From an uncultured Actinomycetota bacterium (GTDB taxonomy: Bacteria > Actinomycetota > Actinomycetes > Streptosporangiales > Streptosporangiaceae), in the NCBI GenBank assembly GCA_963844625.1, contig CAWJPF010000020.1:52946-116945 (forward strand): 64,000 bases of DNA, in the 5' to 3' direction. The position numbers and the translations under genes are program-made. The number at the start of each line of letters is the position of its first letter. Positions within the stretch are counted from its first letter, which is position 1. Shown in pieces: positions 62,556-64,000 of this stretch. Under the pieces are notes generated by a model. The model did no database searches and was not told the origin of the DNA. It worked only from the letters and a program-made list of their open reading frames with translations.

Positions 62556-62577
62556 GCCAAGATCTACGGGACAGGCA

Positions 62578-63411
62578 CTAGCTCGCCCGCTTGTAGGCCC
62601 GCACCGCGAGCGGCAGGAACACCACGAAGATCCCGGCTATCCAGACCAGGCTGTACCACAGGTTCGGTTCAAGCGGGCCGCCCGGATGGCCGAGGGCCAG
62701 GGCGCGCATGGCATTGACGACGTAGGTGACCGGGTTGTGGTAGGCAAAGGCCTGCAGCCAGCCCGGCATAGTGGCGATCGGCACGAACGCCGAGGACAGG
62801 AACGTGAGCGGGAACAGCCAGATTAGCCCGAACGCCTGCACCGACTCCTCGTCGCCGATGGCCAGGCCCGTATAAGCAGAGATGCAGCAGATCGCCACGC
62901 CGAACACGGTCGCGAGCAAGACCATGCCGATGGCGGGCACGACGCCGTTCATGAACCGGAAACCGACCGCGTATCCCACCCCGACGATGATCAGGATCGT
63001 CACGAGCATCCGCCCGGTATCGGCCACCAGACGGCCGGCCAGCACCGCCGAGCGTGCCATCGGCATCGACCGCAGCCGGTCGATCACGCCCTTCTTCAGT
63101 TCCTGGGCCAGCGCGATGGCCGTGCCGAACGTGGCGAACGCCGCCGTCTGCGCGATGATCCCTGGTATCAGGAAGTTGACGTAGCCGCCGGGGACATTGA
63201 CCGGGATCGCGCCGCCGAAGACGTAACGGAACAGCAGGACGAACATCACCGGCTGGATCACGGTGAACATGAGGTAGGCAGGGACCCGCATCCAGACCAG
63301 CAGGTTGCGCCGGGTGATGGTGAGCGTGTCGGTCACCGCCCAGCCGAACCGGGTGCGAATGCTGGGTTCGCCCGCGTCGTGCAGGCCGGCAGGCGCGGCG
63401 ATCGTGGTCAT
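62578..63411 (-). CDS. ABC-2 type transporter permease (DrrB-like)
   Basis: 277 aa with six hydrophobic segments. An ATGA-type overlap links it to the upstream ATPase gene. Confidence 0.8.
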   Translation of the reverse strand: MTTIAAPAGLHDAGEPSIRTRFGWAVTDTLTITRRNLLVWMRVPAYLMFTVIQPVMFVLLFRYVFGGAIPVNVPGGYVNFLIPGIIAQTAAFATFGTAIALAQELKKGVIDRLRSMPMARSAVLAGRLVADTGRMLVTILIIVGVGYAVGFRFMNGVVPAIGMVLLATVFGVAICCISAYTGLAIGDEESVQAFGLIWLFPLTFLSSAFVPIATMPGWLQAFAYHNPVTYVVNAMRALALGHPGGPLEPNLWYSLVWIAGIFVVFLPLAVRAYKRAS

Positions 63412-64000
63412 GACGTTGCCCTCGCATCCTCTTGGCGGCTACCTCGGCGTCCGCGCTTACGTCCGCCCGGCGCCTCCTCCTCGGCGGCGTGCCCGGTCAA
63501 AGCCAGGAACACATCATCGAGCGAAGGGCGGCGCAACGCGAGATCGCGGATTTCGATGCCGGCGGCGTCCAGGCTGCGCACCGCTTCGATCAGGGCCTCC
63601 GACCCCTGGCTCCCGACCCGGATGCTGACCACGCCGGTTTCGGCGTCGGCGTGCGGGTCTCCTTCGCCGATCTTGGCGACCGCGGCGACCGCATCAGCGA
63701 TCCGGCCGCGGTCGGGCACGGTGAAGTCGACCACATCGCCGCCGACCCTGCTCTTGAGTTCTTCCGAGGTGCCGGCCGCGATGACCTGGCCGTGGTCGAT
63801 GACCACGATCTCATCGGCTAGCTCGTCGGCTTCGTCAAGGTACTGGGTAGTGAGCAGAATCGTGGTCCCGCCGGCCACCAGGGACCGGATGATGTCCCAC
63901 ATCCCCAGCCGCGACCGGGGATCCAGACCGGTCGTGGGCTCGTCGAGGAACAGTACCTGAGGCTGGCCGACCAGGCTGGCGGCCAGGTCCAGGCGCCGCT
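63408..64000 (-). CDS. ABC transporter ATP-binding protein (DrrA-like), 5' end outside the window
   Basis: The frame is open to the window edge: '..LFLDEPTTGLDPRSRLGMWDIIRSLVAGGTTILLTTQYLDEADELADEIVVIDHGQVIAAGT' shows Walker B, the D-loop and the H-loop. Confidence 0.8.
   Translation of the reverse strand, partial: RRLDLAASLVGQPQVLFLDEPTTGLDPRSRLGMWDIIRSLVAGGTTILLTTQYLDEADELADEIVVIDHGQVIAAGTSEELKSRVGGDVVDFTVPDRGRIADAVAAVAKIGEGDPHADAETGVVSIRVGSQGSEALIEAVRSLDAAGIEIRDLALRRPSLDDVFLALTGHAAEEEAPGGRKRGRRGSRQEDARATS

Overview
This is a 64-kb window of a high-GC (about 70% by eye) actinomycete-type chromosome. Supporting signs are strong GC3 bias, a SigK/RskA pair, a DUF222-HNH '13E12-type' gene, a Ddn-like F420 enzyme, and many ATGA/GTGA start-stop overlaps. 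I support about 55 protein genes. No rRNA, intact tRNA or CRISPR array is present.

Layout:
- 1-16.9 kb is a decayed accessory region. It holds two DUF6247-like antitoxin genes with broken RelE/ParE toxins, a serine-recombinase pseudogene and a tRNA 3'-half-like fragment with a flanking 20-bp repeat. It also holds an ISL3 transposase gene split by a 1.14-kb insert carrying a DHFR-family gene, a broken MacB-type ABC pair and a PIN toxin. Intact genes are interspersed: MarR + hydrolase, PadR + DivIVA-domain membrane protein, peptidase S51, DinB and pepN.
- 17.0-21.9 kb is a PucR-linked operon: MSOX-like oxidase, Rieske oxygenase and Cys/Met PLP lyase.
- 22-29.9 kb holds the DUF222-HNH gene, a Ddn-like enzyme, TetR/MFS, DUF2000/Lrp and Mug.
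- 29.9-34.6 kb is a GT4/GH130/GT4 glycan cluster.
- 35-47.3 kb holds pyrD, a fused 1258-aa ABC exporter, patatin and hydrolase genes, FMN reductase, a frameshifted membrane Moco oxidoreductase, sigK-rskA and yciI.
- 47.3-51.2 kb is a compact four-gene cassette: a TM protein, a J-domain protein, a VirD4/TraD-like ATPase and a replication-relaxation protein. It is bracketed by a duplicated yciI 3' end and has no integrase. This is the most interesting candidate for an undescribed mobile or DNA-handling system.
- 51.3-61.4 kb is an IclR-associated BKACE / carnitine-dehydrogenase-like / thioesterase catabolic cluster fused to a Dpp-type ABC importer.
- 62.6-64 kb holds a DrrAB-type ABC-2 exporter, partial at the window edge.

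All functional calls rest on my reading of the translated ORFs and motifs. No database search was run.
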